Shown: positions 1 through 12,895, counted from the first letter of the stretch. The stretch: DNA of 64,000 nucleotides from Balanoglossus misakiensis (GCA_040954595.2 CM082591.2:4201957-4265956), one strand, 5' to 3'. Translations and numbers: made by a program. The notes: generated by a model not told the origin, from the sequence alone.

Positions 1-421
1 TGAAAACTGTAAAACAATTAAAACTTATTCAGAAAAACCAAAGGGGTGGAATTTATCTAGTCACTCTTTTCATCCCTGTTGAATCAATGGTATAGCCCTG
101 TTACCTCTGTATTCCCAATGGTGGATTTGGACCTTGTCTAAAAGGAATAGGGGTTGACAGGTTGGGGTCATTAGAGGGAGGGGGATTATTCACTATGATC
201 AAATGGGTAGGCTGGGATACTGGGGGGAGTGGCTTAGAAAGAGAGGTTACCTCAGAACAAATGCAATTCTGATCCAACAATAGTTTTATTTGCTCATCAA
301 AATCCCTGATGAAAACAACAGGTCATTATCTAGGACCATAAAATTTTATGTTAATAGTATTAACATCTGAGTTTCTTTGTTGGTTTTACATGTTCCTTTT
401 AGTGTTCATGAATTATCCACT

Positions 422-514
422 TTAACCCTTTCACCCCTGTTTTCTTTTGTACAGGTCCAACTTTACAATAGAAGACATTGGGGTTTGAACCAATCCATGG
501 TGTTGACAGGGAGA
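422..514. mobile_element. Degenerate MITE copy, opposite orientation
   Basis: TTAACCCTTTCACCCC left end; internal AGGTCCAA is the reverse complement of TTGGACCT; right end decayed. A more decayed copy lies at ~60-165. Confidence 0.6.
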
Positions 515-2151
515 AACAAGGACACAATGGGTAAAATTCCCTGCTTCTTGACGAATATGGCATATACCAGAAATCAAGGACAGATAACCGTATAAGTCCT
601 TCAGGGGTTTGTATAGTTTTGTACGAGGGCGTACTGAGGTTTTATTGTTATATGTATGTCATCAATGTCTCACAGTATCTTGTATATGCATCATCCCCCA
701 TCAACAACCTACCATCATATCCCCCATCGACAACCTACCATCATACAACCTCATCTACTAATTCATCTCATCAACAAAACACAACAGACTTTTCAGATCA
801 CACACCCCCTGTACTTGTGTAATGATAGTTGTGTTGCTGGCAGATCAATCTCCGTTGAGTATGGCCGACCCCTTTTTTTGACATCTGTTGAATAACAACA
901 ATCACTCACTGATGTCAGGCTTTAGCTGCACTGTTCAGATAAGAACCGAGTTCCTAACTGGGTCAGTTCTAGGCTAACCCAAAGCCAGACAGGGTTGGCA
1001 AATTCAGACCCTCATCATCACATCTCATTGGCATTTATTAAAGTGCCACTGTCTGTAATTTTTTCAGTATTTTTGTTTTGTGTATCAAGTACGTTTTCTT
1101 GGTCTACTCCCTATAATATCCTTCATGCCCAGTTTTCTTCTCATTAGCAAGTCATATGTATGTGTATCGATCATTGTTATTGTTGACAAACACATCTAAG
1201 TCCAGACTTGAAAAGTTTTTAAACAATAACAACGATTGTGCACATATGGGCTATGTTGAGAAGGTTAAAGATGAAACCCCTCCCCAGATGAAATCATTCA
1301 TGGATTGCGTGGAACCTCTGCACGTCAATGTAACAAGATAGTATCGCGCCCGTTACAATCACGTAACAAGACTGTGGGATACTGCTTATGGACTAGAAGC
1401 CCACAAAAGGCAACTGTTCCTTTTATTGCCCTGTTACAACACATGTAAAACTTTTAACTGGGATCCGACATCGCTCCAAGCTGACTCATCGCACAACCAT
1501 GGCAACTATTTGAAATGTCTAACGTTCTAGAATGCCTGCGTCAAATGAACGTATTCTGGTGGGAAAAGAGAAGCTATGCACTTTTCCCGAAAAGCAACCT
1601 ATCACCATGAAAAATTGCCAAGCACAAGGAACCATCGGTTTGCCACAACTGGATCCAAACTTGCGCGTCCAACGAACTCAAGCCAATCACCATTCAACCA
1701 ACCATGTGTCAGTAGTAAAATTAACTTTATACTGTACGATAAAATGTCATGAAATTCCAAAAATTCAACATGCGGCTAATTTTCTTACGGAATAAATTAT
1801 CCGTACCTAAGGCAGTGTTATAAATGCCCGGCATTGTTATCTTGCAGTAAATCTACTGATTAAAGTTTTAACACTTGACTTTGACCTTTGTACAGATAAG
1901 GACATATATTTGAAGAATTTGTTTTGAAAGCCGACCTCTGCTTGCGGTCTGGATTTTGACCTCTGACCCCGCGAGCACTGGTGAATGATCGGTGTTTAGT
2001 TTACAAGTGTTTATACTGCAAGTCTGCGACAGCATACGAATACGGAATGGAGTAAGACATCGTTGTACTCTACATCTGATTTTTATCAGATTGTTGTGCC
2101 AGATCATTTCATTCAACTGGCTATCAAATTTTACAGATTTCAACCAATTGT

Positions 2152-2246
2152 TTAACCCTTTCACCCCACTATGGTTTGGTCCAAAACCCTTGTTTTCTGT
2201 GGTAAATTTGGACCTCTAAAGAGAGAAATAGGGGTGAAAGAGTTAA
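2152..2246. mobile_element. MITE, same family as 9401-9500
   Basis: TTAACCCTTTCACCCC...GGGGTGAAAGAGTTAA; shares the internal ATGGTTTG.TCCAAA and TTGGACCTCTA blocks. Confidence 0.8.
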
Positions 2247-2649
2247 ACTTAAAATACAGGAAGCGCTTGTCTCTGCCGTATCAAATTTTCAAACACAGAC
2301 TGATTCTTGGGAAATCGGTCCCAGTGCTTTCAAAGGTCAAGCATATACAACAGTTAATCATGTGAATAATTTCCTTCGGGGCAACAGGGGACCACTGGAA
2401 GTAATTCTTCCGACCCCAGACTACAGGGCCAATTGGCAACAGAGCTGGCTTTCGCCATTGTATTTTTGTGTATATCTAATAATACACAACTGAGTTCAGT
2501 TCATTGGCCGCGTTACAGATGCAAATTACTGGTAACATGCCAGCACTCTTCCATGAGAACGGGGGAAACCCTAGTCCAAACATTAGTGGGGTTGCCGTAA
2601 TGGTATACTGTGCCCTACATATATCTTCTGGTAGTGAGCATAAATTGCC

Positions 2650-2885
2650 TGTACATCATAGACAGTAGAGTGTAGACTACATTTTTGTACTACCTATGAT
2701 GTGGGTGTATAAATACATCATAGACAGTATAGACATAAATTATAGACGCAATACAATATATGTCTATGATGTCTATGACTATAATATATAAATATATACA
2801 TATAGACAGTGATACATGCAGGTCTATACTGTCTATATATAAATATATATATGTATTACTATCAGCATCATATATATATATGTAA
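2650..2885. repeat. TA-rich low-complexity repeat
   Basis: CATCATAGACAGTA and TGTCTATGATG units in both orientations, plus (TA)n runs. Confidence 0.6.
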
Positions 2886-4904
2886 CACAGAACACCATGG
2901 CCAGCAGTGTATTAAATTAACCTGCACTAAATGCATACTTTTTTAAAGCCACGGTAAGTTGCCCTACAAGGAAGGAAAAATGCCGCAGCAACTTTTTTTT
3001 AAATGTTGGTGAGAGGATTGGCAGGGCTGTGAAATCTGAGCTACGTCAATGGCAGACTTCGGCCTGCAGGGCTCAATGTTTAGGAAATGCCAGAGATAAT
3101 GTAAACCGAAGCCATCTTGGGCCTTGGCTCATTGATATGCATACTTGGGCGAATTCTTCAAAACTTTCGAGATCCGTTTTCTTGACGTGTGTCACAGCGT
3201 GTGAGCGGAATATGTCGACCTTCGGCTGATAGTCTGACCCCGTGGTGGCCTGGGGTGACATCTGCGTGTTCTGAACTGTCACGGGCAGGAAACTTCTCAT
3301 GCTATATAGAGACCAGATCGGACCGTGTTTGTGTGTATATGTGTGGGTATATACCTGTGCCATGCTAATTAAGGTGTGCAGGTATACACATATATGCGCA
3401 CATTTAACACGCCAGCGCTCATGCTAGAACTCTCTTAAAATACTCCTTCGACGCGAAACTTTGTGGCGTGAACTGTCGCAATGCGCGTTAAAAAAGTTGC
3501 CAAGTCGCCAGTCTTACCTTTAGTTCGGAAATCACAAAGTTTCGTTTATGGAGTTGGGGAGTAGCCAGCCTGTGTGACCCTAAGTAAGAATTCGGCAATC
3601 AAGGTCGAGTAAATAAAATCGCACACACAGGGGGCCCTTTCATCGCGCTTGCGTGTCGTGCGCAAAAAGTCAGCAACTTCGCGCAAACTTTTAAAAACTT
3701 TTGGCCTGGTGCGAATTTTATTTCGTGTGTTCCGTTAGCGATGGCGAGCCGTTCCAGCCGGCTTTCACGCAATATCACATGCAGTCACGCAACGTCTAAT
3801 CACACGTTGTCTAGTTACAATACGGCCCCGGGAATTCTTTATCACGGGACAACTGTTAATTCTATAATACCGAACACTAGACACAAAGCCTCCATAATCG
3901 AGTTGTGTAATACTCACACAGACAAAAACAAAAGTACAATGAGCTCTTCACCTCTTTTATTCCATTGCATAAAAGCACAGGCCACAATCCCTCCGATGGA
4001 GGCACATGTGCACAGGCAAAGAATATCCGACAACAATTTTGGACAAGTTCGTTCAAGATTTTGAAATCCATGCATGCACGCGAGTTGTAACACATGTCAA
4101 CTATCAGTCAATATGTATGCTATAAAACAAACGACTTTCAGCTGCTGTGAAGATGCGGGTTTGCTTCAAACAACTGCATATGTGAGCGTGCTCGATTTTC
4201 CGACGTCATCGTGGAATTTCCGCAGTTTTTCGGTGCACAGTTTTTTTTTCTGCCACAGCGAGACTGCGGGATCATTTCCATGGGAAAATATTCCATACAA
4301 AAAGGATTCGGTCAGAAATGGCGTAACACCCGCCTCCCCGCCGGCTACTGAAGTTACAGATTTTCAAACTCTCAGACAGAAGTTCAATTGTCCGCCGCGC
4401 ACGGCATGCATCTCGCGCCAAATCCTGGCTTCAAATATACTTCCATGCATTTTCCGTCAACGCCATGTGAACTGAATGACGGCACCTTGGCACGAACAAT
4501 ACTCTACTGTTCTGCAGCTACGAACGGAACTGAAGTCCAAAACAATGTCGGCGATAACGTTGACGTCAAACTGCCGACAGCCACTCGCTTAGCGTCGGTC
4601 CGGGGAATGTTGCATCTCGTCATCACTCGGGGACAGTATGCGAAGGTGAAAGTGGTCATCCTAGCAACCCGTCTCCTGACAACCCGTCTTCAACCAATCG
4701 TAGAACTCGTTCCATCCCGGTGAATAAATAAACACCACGCTGATTGGTGTCCGGTTGCACCGCGTCCAAAAACCGCAGCTCCATCCCAGGGTCTCGGTAA
4801 TTGGTCGAACAGAGCGCCGACCCAATCCACCCAGCTGCTCGCATATCAGAAATAGGTAAAATTATCTCCAAGAAGCCCAAGCTTAAATTTTTGCGCACGG
4901 CACT

Positions 4905-4989
4905 GTGAGGATCGCTTTCTGCAACTTTCTCCCGACGGCTACCGATCTCTGGACTGTCTGTCCGCTTCCCACCGCTCTTCTCTCTTCTG
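4905..4989 (+). other. Probable non-coding first exon of TnT-like gene A (start approximate)
   Basis: Strong donor CTG|GTAAGA at 4989/4990, downstream of CCAAT (~4822) and E-box CAGCTG (~4833). The matching acceptor is at 6413/6414, just before the ATG. Confidence 0.5.
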
Positions 4990-5316
4990 GTAAGAATTTT
5001 TATTCTATCAAATTTTCTCTAAAGATTTCTCTTTTATCCGCTTTACACAACAGGGTTTCACTTTCAAATATTAGTCGAAGTCACTTTTGACTGCCGAATG
5101 TCACAACAAATTCCTCTTAACAAATCTTATAGTTTGATACCAGGGTTCTATCATATTTTTCTCATATTTACAAATTGGTGCATTATATTTGCTTATCCTA
5201 CTCACTATATATTCCAAATGCGTGGTTTTCCATTGAGATTGCACAGAAATTCCAATTTTTCATTGCAAATAGATACTTATTTCGACTGGAGGTGATCGTC
5301 TGCCCGGTACATGTTA

Positions 5317-5326
5317 CCATAAATGG
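5317..5326. promoter_or_regulatory. CArG box (SRF site) downstream of the predicted first exon of TnT-A
   Basis: CCATAAATGG matches CC(A/T)6GG; SRF CArG boxes are typical of muscle structural genes. Confidence 0.45.
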
Positions 5327-6441
5327 AGACGTGTCTTAATGTCCTGTGTAATATATGGGGTCATCCCAGACCAAGTTTTATAAGTCAGACCTTGTTAAAA
5401 GACGATATAAATCTCTCATTTTACCAGCATAGTCCATATAGAGAGTCAATTCGATTCGTGTTGCATTTCTACGTCCAAGAAAAATAGTTAATGTCGAAAT
5501 GTTTCTGAATGTGTAATGAGGTCAATCGTGAATTTGTCGGGAATAGAATCACAACTATGCGTAAAATGTGAACTCTCGTGAAAATGCGATCTGAGCATGC
5601 GCACAGTGGGGCTGTTCGGGGATTTTAAAAAAAAACATCTCGGACATTTAAACAATTCTATTCGAAGAGGCAGCACAGGCCGCCAACCATTCCATTCAAA
5701 CTTTCCTCTCAGTTGCAAAAGAGATTTTAGGAGTTCTAAAACCAAGGTAATAGTGCTACTTTATTTCGTCTTTTAACATAGCTCAAGCTGCCTTATGTTA
5801 TATATTCTCTTAATTCTTTCTTTTCGAGAACATTTCGTTAAAATAATGGAGTTGAAACGAGTACTTAACATTCTTCTTAAACAAAAATATTCTCGAAGAC
5901 ATCTAAAAGTGTTAGTGGTGGCTAGCCGACTGACATAGTTTAGATAATACAGCCGTTTCCGTCTTGCAGTTTTCTTCAGGCTTTTGACAGATTTTGTCAA
6001 CATCGTCTGGTGCACTTTGAGGAAAAACCTCTCATATTACCTTGAACTTAGCCCTGAGTACATTCCTCGGAGATAGTTCAGAAAGGATAAAGCCATTCTT
6101 GATTTAAAACAGCCTCTTCTTTACATCTATTCGTCAATTGTTTGCCATATTAGTATTCAGGGAAAACTTATCTTCTCTTCAGAGAAAATATTTACCAATA
6201 TCAATTTTTTGGATGGACATATTTAGGCATGAATATCACATCAGAGTGTTGACGGACATAAGACTGAGATATGTCTATCGCTTAGAAGTTAATGGTTTTG
6301 TTATTGCAAGAAAATAATACTCACATGAATGGTTTACACACCCATCATAATGCAACTTTTTGTCTTTTCGTTTGTCTAATCTTTTTTAAAACTTTTTTCC
6401 CTTCGCTCTCAAGGTTTAATATTTATTAATAAATAATAAAA

Positions 6442-9400
6442 ATGGCAGACGAAGCTGACGAAAGAGCTCGCCGCCGTGAAGAACGCAGAAGGAGGAGGGA
6501 GGCTGAAAAGTGAGTGGTATTTTCTGTGTCTATCATTTCTGTGATTAACAGCAGTTTCTCATTGCATCGAGAACCGACAAAATGGTCCCCTGACCAGACC
6601 TATAACTTTGGTGCATAGCGCCCTCTCGTGACGACTGCCGACCTTTACGACCTTTGAGTTCAATAAAAGTTTCGATCGCTAATAAATAAAATCCAGTGTA
6701 TTTTTCTCTAAAATGTCTATTTTTCGTTATTTGCAGGGCTGCTGAAGGAGAAGCCGCCCCGGAGGTAGGGTTGATCATGTAATTTTTCGAAATTATGAAA
6801 CAGGGTATAGGCTGAAGAATTTTGAATTGTTGGGCCAATATTCGTTTTTTTTGTCAATATTTGATATTTTCATGGCCCGACCATTTTCCCTTTCCAAGAA
6901 GGGTGCATAGCGACTATTTTGATAACGTGAAATATTCCTATGTCAAATAACTTGCAGATAAGGATGGATGTTTATAATCCATGTGTCGTGAACATGTTGA
7001 GTATCATTTGCTGCAGTACTGTGGCTCAGGGTTTTACCAGGAATTGTGTGTGGACGACAAACCCAGACACAACACCTGGCATAAACTCGAGCTACAGAAC
7101 TACTGCAAGAGTATTCCCAGGTGTACATCATGGATGGGAAGGAATTAACAAACATACATTGTTGCCATCAAAGGCAAAAAACAATAGCTGACCCTTTACA
7201 CAGACAATACCAAATCCCCTGTCATTGTTCAGTGTCTTATATGTTATCCCTTGTCATGCTATTCTACATCAGGAAGCCGCCCCAGCTGAGGAACCGGAGG
7301 AAGTAAGTCAAGTGTGACCCTCCCCCCTCCCCTTAATCCCCTCCTCCCTCCCCTCAACATTGTCAATTACATACCCAAACTCACTTACATCCCTTGGTGT
7401 GCTGTGACACAGTGTTTGGTTTCACAACCTCTTACAGTTTTGACAAACATACACATCTAGTGGAAGATATTTTCTACTAAATGTTTGTTATTTATGTGCA
7501 TTTTATGTTAATACACAGCTGCATTGCAAGCCTGAGTTCTAATGCGCATGGTGTTGTGTTGTTTGCATTTATTGTTTCAAGTTTCTACAGATGCCCCATT
7601 GGCTTAAATTCAAAAATTATTTCAAATAATATGAAAGTGTATTAGAAGGTCTTTCTATTACTTGCCTGTTTTTGTCTTTAGTTTTGCATTTGTGTGTGCT
7701 GTGTCTCATGATTTGCATTTGTCTACACTTTCTTTTATTTTCAAACTTTTTATGTATCTCTCTGTTCTGCCTGGCCTGTTTTAAAACAATAAAAGGCTCA
7801 GCCTGAGGAGGCTCAGCCTGAGGAAACACCTGCAGAAGTAAGTGGGTATGATGCTGATGCCCCTTAACTTGGTGTCTGTGATCAGTGCCCCTTAACCGAG
7901 TGTGTCATTATCCCAGTAGCCCCTAACTTGGTGTGTATTTTTCAGTCTACACACATATTGACCACGCATCATACCTTTGAGTGTTTGTTTTGACAAATAC
8001 TGTTTGGTGTTGAAGCCCCTTTTCCCCCCAAGTTTTCAGATGTACATACATCCTCACACAGTTTGATGTGGATGAATTGGCACAAACTCTGTCTTTAGTC
8101 TTCAAGTCCCTGTCCTTCTCAAGAAATGTTATTTTTGATGAGGAAAGTCTCTACAATGGAAACTAAAACAGGCCTGCATGATATCCCAACCTTTCAGTAT
8201 CCGTTTATACTGGATGATAGGGTTTTCTTATGATTTGCATGTTATTCTGTCTTCTTTCAGTAGTATTTCTTGCCTTCATTTCTTCAGTTATTTTGTGCAT
8301 GTTAAGTTTTCCTACTTTCAGTTTTATCTTCCTTTTGTTTATGTAGTTTTATGATTTGCATGTCATTCATTTCTTTCTTTGTTTTGTTATTCAATATTTA
8401 TGTTCTATTATCATAACTAACTTAATTGTAAAATAATCGTAAACTTAGGAGGCTCCACCAGAGGAGGCCCCAGCTGAGGAGGCACCGGAAGAAGTAAGTG
8501 GGTAGCATGATGCCCCTTAACTTGGTGTGTTCCTGCTGACCCTTGACCGGACGTGTCATTTCCTGGTGTGCCAAATAATTTGGTGTGCCAAAGTGATTCA
8601 CTCTGACTTGAAAATGATTTTTTTTTTGAGTGCGGTGTGCACACATTGTCTACCCCTGTTCAGAACCCGGTGTGTGGGTTTTGATGAAGTTGTGGTGATT
8701 TCCTCAGTTTTACTCTCAAATCGGTCGAACCTTTCAACATGGAGTGGTGCAGAAGTCAATCAGCTAGTGTGTTGTGCCATCTAGCTACCAATCCTCTTGA
8801 GACGTATTTTCACACTCCCAGCCTCACATTTCAGTTATAATTTTCACCTTGCATGATTTTCTCTTTGATTTTGCCTTTTCTGTTTTATTTCTATCTTGCT
8901 TTATTTTCTTTCATTACTTTTGTTTTTAACTTACAAAATAAAAATAACTTTGACAGGCCGCACCAGAGGAGGCTCCCGTAGAGGAGGCACCTGAAGAAGT
9001 AAGTGGGTAGCGTGATGCCCCTTAACTTGGTGTGTCAAATTCCTAAGCCCACTAACTCGGTTTGCCTATACCCAATGCCCCTTAACTCTGTATTTGTGTG
9101 AAATTACAGGGGCTATTGAACTTTCCCAGTGTATTGTTTGAAGCCCTTTGAATGAATTGGTACTTTCCCCGTTTTCAAATATTTTCAATTATTTCTCAGC
9201 TCACCCCTTTCCCTCCCTTTGAAAAAAATTTGGTATATGGTTTTGAATTTGCATGTTGTGTATGATGGCCAAACCCTTGCCATGTATTACAGTGTGATAC
9301 AAAGACATCATGGTTTTGATCGTACATTATGATTTGAAGTTACTGGTTGCCCCTGTACTGAGATTGAGTGATTCTAACCTCTACCCCCACCTGCTGTCAG

Positions 9401-12400
9401 TTAACCCTTTCACCACCATGGTTTGATCCAAATCTTGTTTTCTATGGCCTGTAAAGTTGGACCTCTACACGGCAGACGGAAATGGGGGTGAAAGGGTTAA
9501 ACTCCTCAGGAGAAGGAGGTTATGATGGAGTCAGGTGTGTCAATAGCACACATGGACTTTACATGCAGATCTAAAGAAAGGAGCGTCTGATATAGTACTC
9601 AGGAATCTAATCCATGTTATGTCTGTCTTCAACAGCCTCCAGCAGAGCCGGAACCAGAACCGGAACCGGAGCCAGAACCGGAACCGGTTGCACCAGAACC
9701 AGAACCGGTACCGGAACCTGAACCTGAACCAGAAGTTCCACATGTAGAAAAACCTAAACCCAGGTCAGAAACCTACTTGGCTGTCAACATGCATCTTCCA
9801 AATACTCTTTTGCCACATACAGGGCAGGGTAGACTTACTATTTTCGAAATACCAGAATCCCTTCCGGAACAAAAACCCTGTGTTTTATCCAGAAATTTCG
9901 ATTCTGTGTGTATTTTTAATTGTCTGTGCTGTATTGTCTTTGCAACTGGACATGTAAAGCACAAAAATCCGACCTGTGAACTTTAGAATATTGATAGGTA
10001 TGATCGCAATTATTTATTTCTGATTTAGCAAATACATCTGATGCTTTCACGGCCATACCTTAGTTTAGTCCAATCTTTTTCTTTGGTTTAAACTTGAACT
10101 TGTCTGTCCTGTCCACACTCAGGCCACCAGCACCATCTGTAAGTGAACCGGATGCACCACATGAAACAGATGCACAGCGAGAAATGAGAGTAAGTCAGAT
10201 TGGATACTCTAAAAAAATTAACATGTTGTATTTTTACGGAAGCATACAGATACGACGTGACTGACTTACGAAGATCTCATCATGATTTAAGTGTCATCTT
10301 TCTTGTGCATCCATTTAGATTATGCAAGAGAAAAAACGCAAGGAACAAGAAGAAGAATTCCGGGAACTTCTGGAGAAACATCATGCTGAAAGGAGGCAAC
10401 TTGAAGAAGATCTTGACAGGCTGAGAAAAAGAAAAGTAAGATAATTTACCAGTGCCAGTAATAGTGGACTCTTTGGATAGTATCTGGAAATTCCAGAATA
10501 TATTTATTCTCAAACATATTTAAATGGTGTCAAATTCTTTTATAAACTACTCCCAGTACTTTGTGCCTTAAATGGTGAAAATGCAGTTTAGTGAAAAATG
10601 AAAACTTAGCAACATTTTGCGCTAAACTTAAATTATGTCTGTAATACATACAATATCCTCACGTATGTCTGAACTATTGATAGGAACAACGTAGGAAGGA
10701 GAGACTGGAAAGAGAGGCAGAAATGCAGAAAAGACAAACAGAAAGTCAAACCAAGGCAGAGGTAAGTAATAGCTAATTTGTTGAAAATTTAATGTTTTAC
10801 CCTATGTCACTTTATATGGATACACGAACCCGGTTGAAAATGGTATTAGATGGTTATACCATATGGACAGGGTTATAGTAAGTGTGATTTCGAACCTTTA
10901 AAAGAGAATTTTGTCTGTTAAACTTCAAACACATATGTAATGTTATTGCAGCCTTGCCCACAACTGACTGCCTGTATTTTTATTTACAGGAAGAAGCACG
11001 CAAGCGCAAGGAAGAATTGGAGATTCGCAAGGCTGAAGCAGCCCAGAAACGTATGAACCGTGAGAAGGCTCGTATGATGCAGTTCCAGGGCACCATGGCA
11101 CTTCAAGGAGGTGGCGATAAGGTGAAACATGATTTCATTGTTATATATGATTTTCTGCTCACTGAGATATCTCACAAAACTTGGTTAATTACAGTAGCAC
11201 AAACACTCCAGACATCACTTCTTTGTTTTGCATGGGAATTTCATATAGCTTTCTTTTGTCGATTTGACTGTGTTTAATAAGTCTTGGGTGGTTATGAATA
11301 TTTGTTATATGTTCCTCTTCATATGACAGTGAATTTTGGATCATGAATAGTTATGATTGTTGGGTTATGAAAAAGTTACCAGATAATGACACTGTAACAC
11401 TAGACTATCATGTCTATAGGGAAATAATAACATTCTTTAGAGGAAAGTAGCATCAATACAGTATATATTAATTAGTATGCTCATGGTGTCCCAGGTCAAG
11501 ATTAAGACCGGCAGCAAGCAGAGGAGAGAGGAGAAGAAAAAGTATATGGAAGAAAAAGTTCCAGAACTGAAGATCGGAGTTATGAGTGGTGAAGAAACTC
11601 TGAAGGAGAGAGTTCGCGAATTCCATAAACTACTTGAGGTCTGCCTAAATGGACTTGCTGACCTGAAAGCACAGGAGAAATTACAAGAATATGATGTAAG
11701 TCTAGTGATTATACTTTGCTTATACACTTAGATTTTTTACATGATTTGTTACATGATAGTCTATTGTGTACACTTAGATTTTTTTTCGCTGAAAATCTGT
11801 CCTTTTATCTGACTGAATATGAAAATGATTATGTAAAATTACCGAATATTTAATTTACAGTCTTGTTGAGAAAAATCGTCACTGGCTAATTGTATATAAA
11901 CTTTAATTATTACAGATGCATGAACTGAACGAACGTATCAAGGATATGCAGAAGAATGCGTAAGTTTTAAATGTTTCGGATAAATGACCTCTCCCATACT
12001 GACCACCCCACCCTTACAACTATTTTATCAGAAAATACTGTTTATTAATTTCATAGAGAGAGGCAGCAGGCAATCCCAATGTGTCCACATACACCATTTT
12101 CCATCATACCATCTACCCATCAGCCTGTATTTTCATCAGAAACATAGCTAGCCCTATAAGTAATAATTCTAGTTTCTCAAGTGGTTTAAATTACTTTTTT
12201 CTTTTCGTTGTAGTCCCAAGAAAGATGTTGCTAAACTTCTTGCACAGGCGGACAAGTAAGTTACAGTTTAAAGGAATACAATCTTCTATAATTTACATGT
12301 GTCCATGTATGGTGTAAAAAGTCATGTCTAAGTCCTATATTTTCTCATAGAATTCTATGTGATTAAGGTGAGAACATTTTTAATAAGGTGAAATGTAAAA

Positions 12401-12895
12401 ATCAATGTAAATCTTTCACACCTGATTTCATGTCTCTATTTCTCTGTTCCTACAGGAAGAGCAAATTTTCCGAAACCCAGGTAAGTGATCTCTGCCAACC
12501 CGTCAACTCTGGAGGTTGTGTCAGGCACTGATAAGCAATTTTGCTACGTATTTTTATTACTATTACTAGCTCCCACTGCAGGAATACACAAAAGGATACA
12601 TACATCTTGTTAATGCATCAGACAGATATCTTTTCTACTGACATATCATGATGATTGAGCATGTTCAGTTCCGCTTAGATAATTACTTATTACATATTGT
12701 GGCAACTGAGCATGCTCAGTTCTTTTCCTGCTGAAGGTAATTTGCATTATCAGTGAGTGATTTCACCAATAAGCATTCTCTGTGAATATACACTATGTTT
12801 TTCCTCATCATAGGTTTTTATTGCCTCATTTTTCATCACATTTGTTGTGTCTTCACGTTCATAACCATTCTCCCATTAATGATTTGCAGAAATAA
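6442..12895 (+). CDS. TNNT: Troponin T-like protein A (~364 aa), multi-exon; terminal exon uncertain
   Basis: In-frame exons with GT-AG boundaries: 6442-6509, 6737-6764, 7273-7302, 7796-7837, 8449-8493, 8957-8998, 9636-9763, 10123-10189, 10319-10435, 10684-10761, 10990-11121, 11495-11695, 11916-11959, 12214-12255, 12456-12480, 12890-12895 (AAA TAA, tentative). Acidic E/A/P N-terminus, then a T1 helix (IMQEKKRKEQEEEFRELLEKHHAERRQLEEDLDRLRKRKEQRRKER) and an IT arm (REEKKKYMEEKVPELKI...LKERVREFHKLL...LQEYDMHELNERIKD). These align by eye with vertebrate TnT segments EKKKKILAERRKVLAID and QKYEINVLRNRIND. Confidence 0.85.
9401..9500. mobile_element. ~100-bp MITE with TTAA ends (piggyBac-type termini)
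   Basis: TTAACCCTTTCACC...GGTGAAAGGGTTAA perfect terminal inverted repeat, inside a TnT-A intron. Confidence 0.8.

Noticed and set aside
7838-9100. CRISPR-like reading of the ~30-nt spaced GCCCCTTAACTTGG motifs
   Set aside because: Eukaryotic intron context, degenerate units and no cas genes; explained by exon-intron duplication.
12057-12147. Possible extra TnT-A exon after acceptor TCATAG
   Set aside because: No frame-preserving GT donor; read-through gives a peptide unlike troponin.
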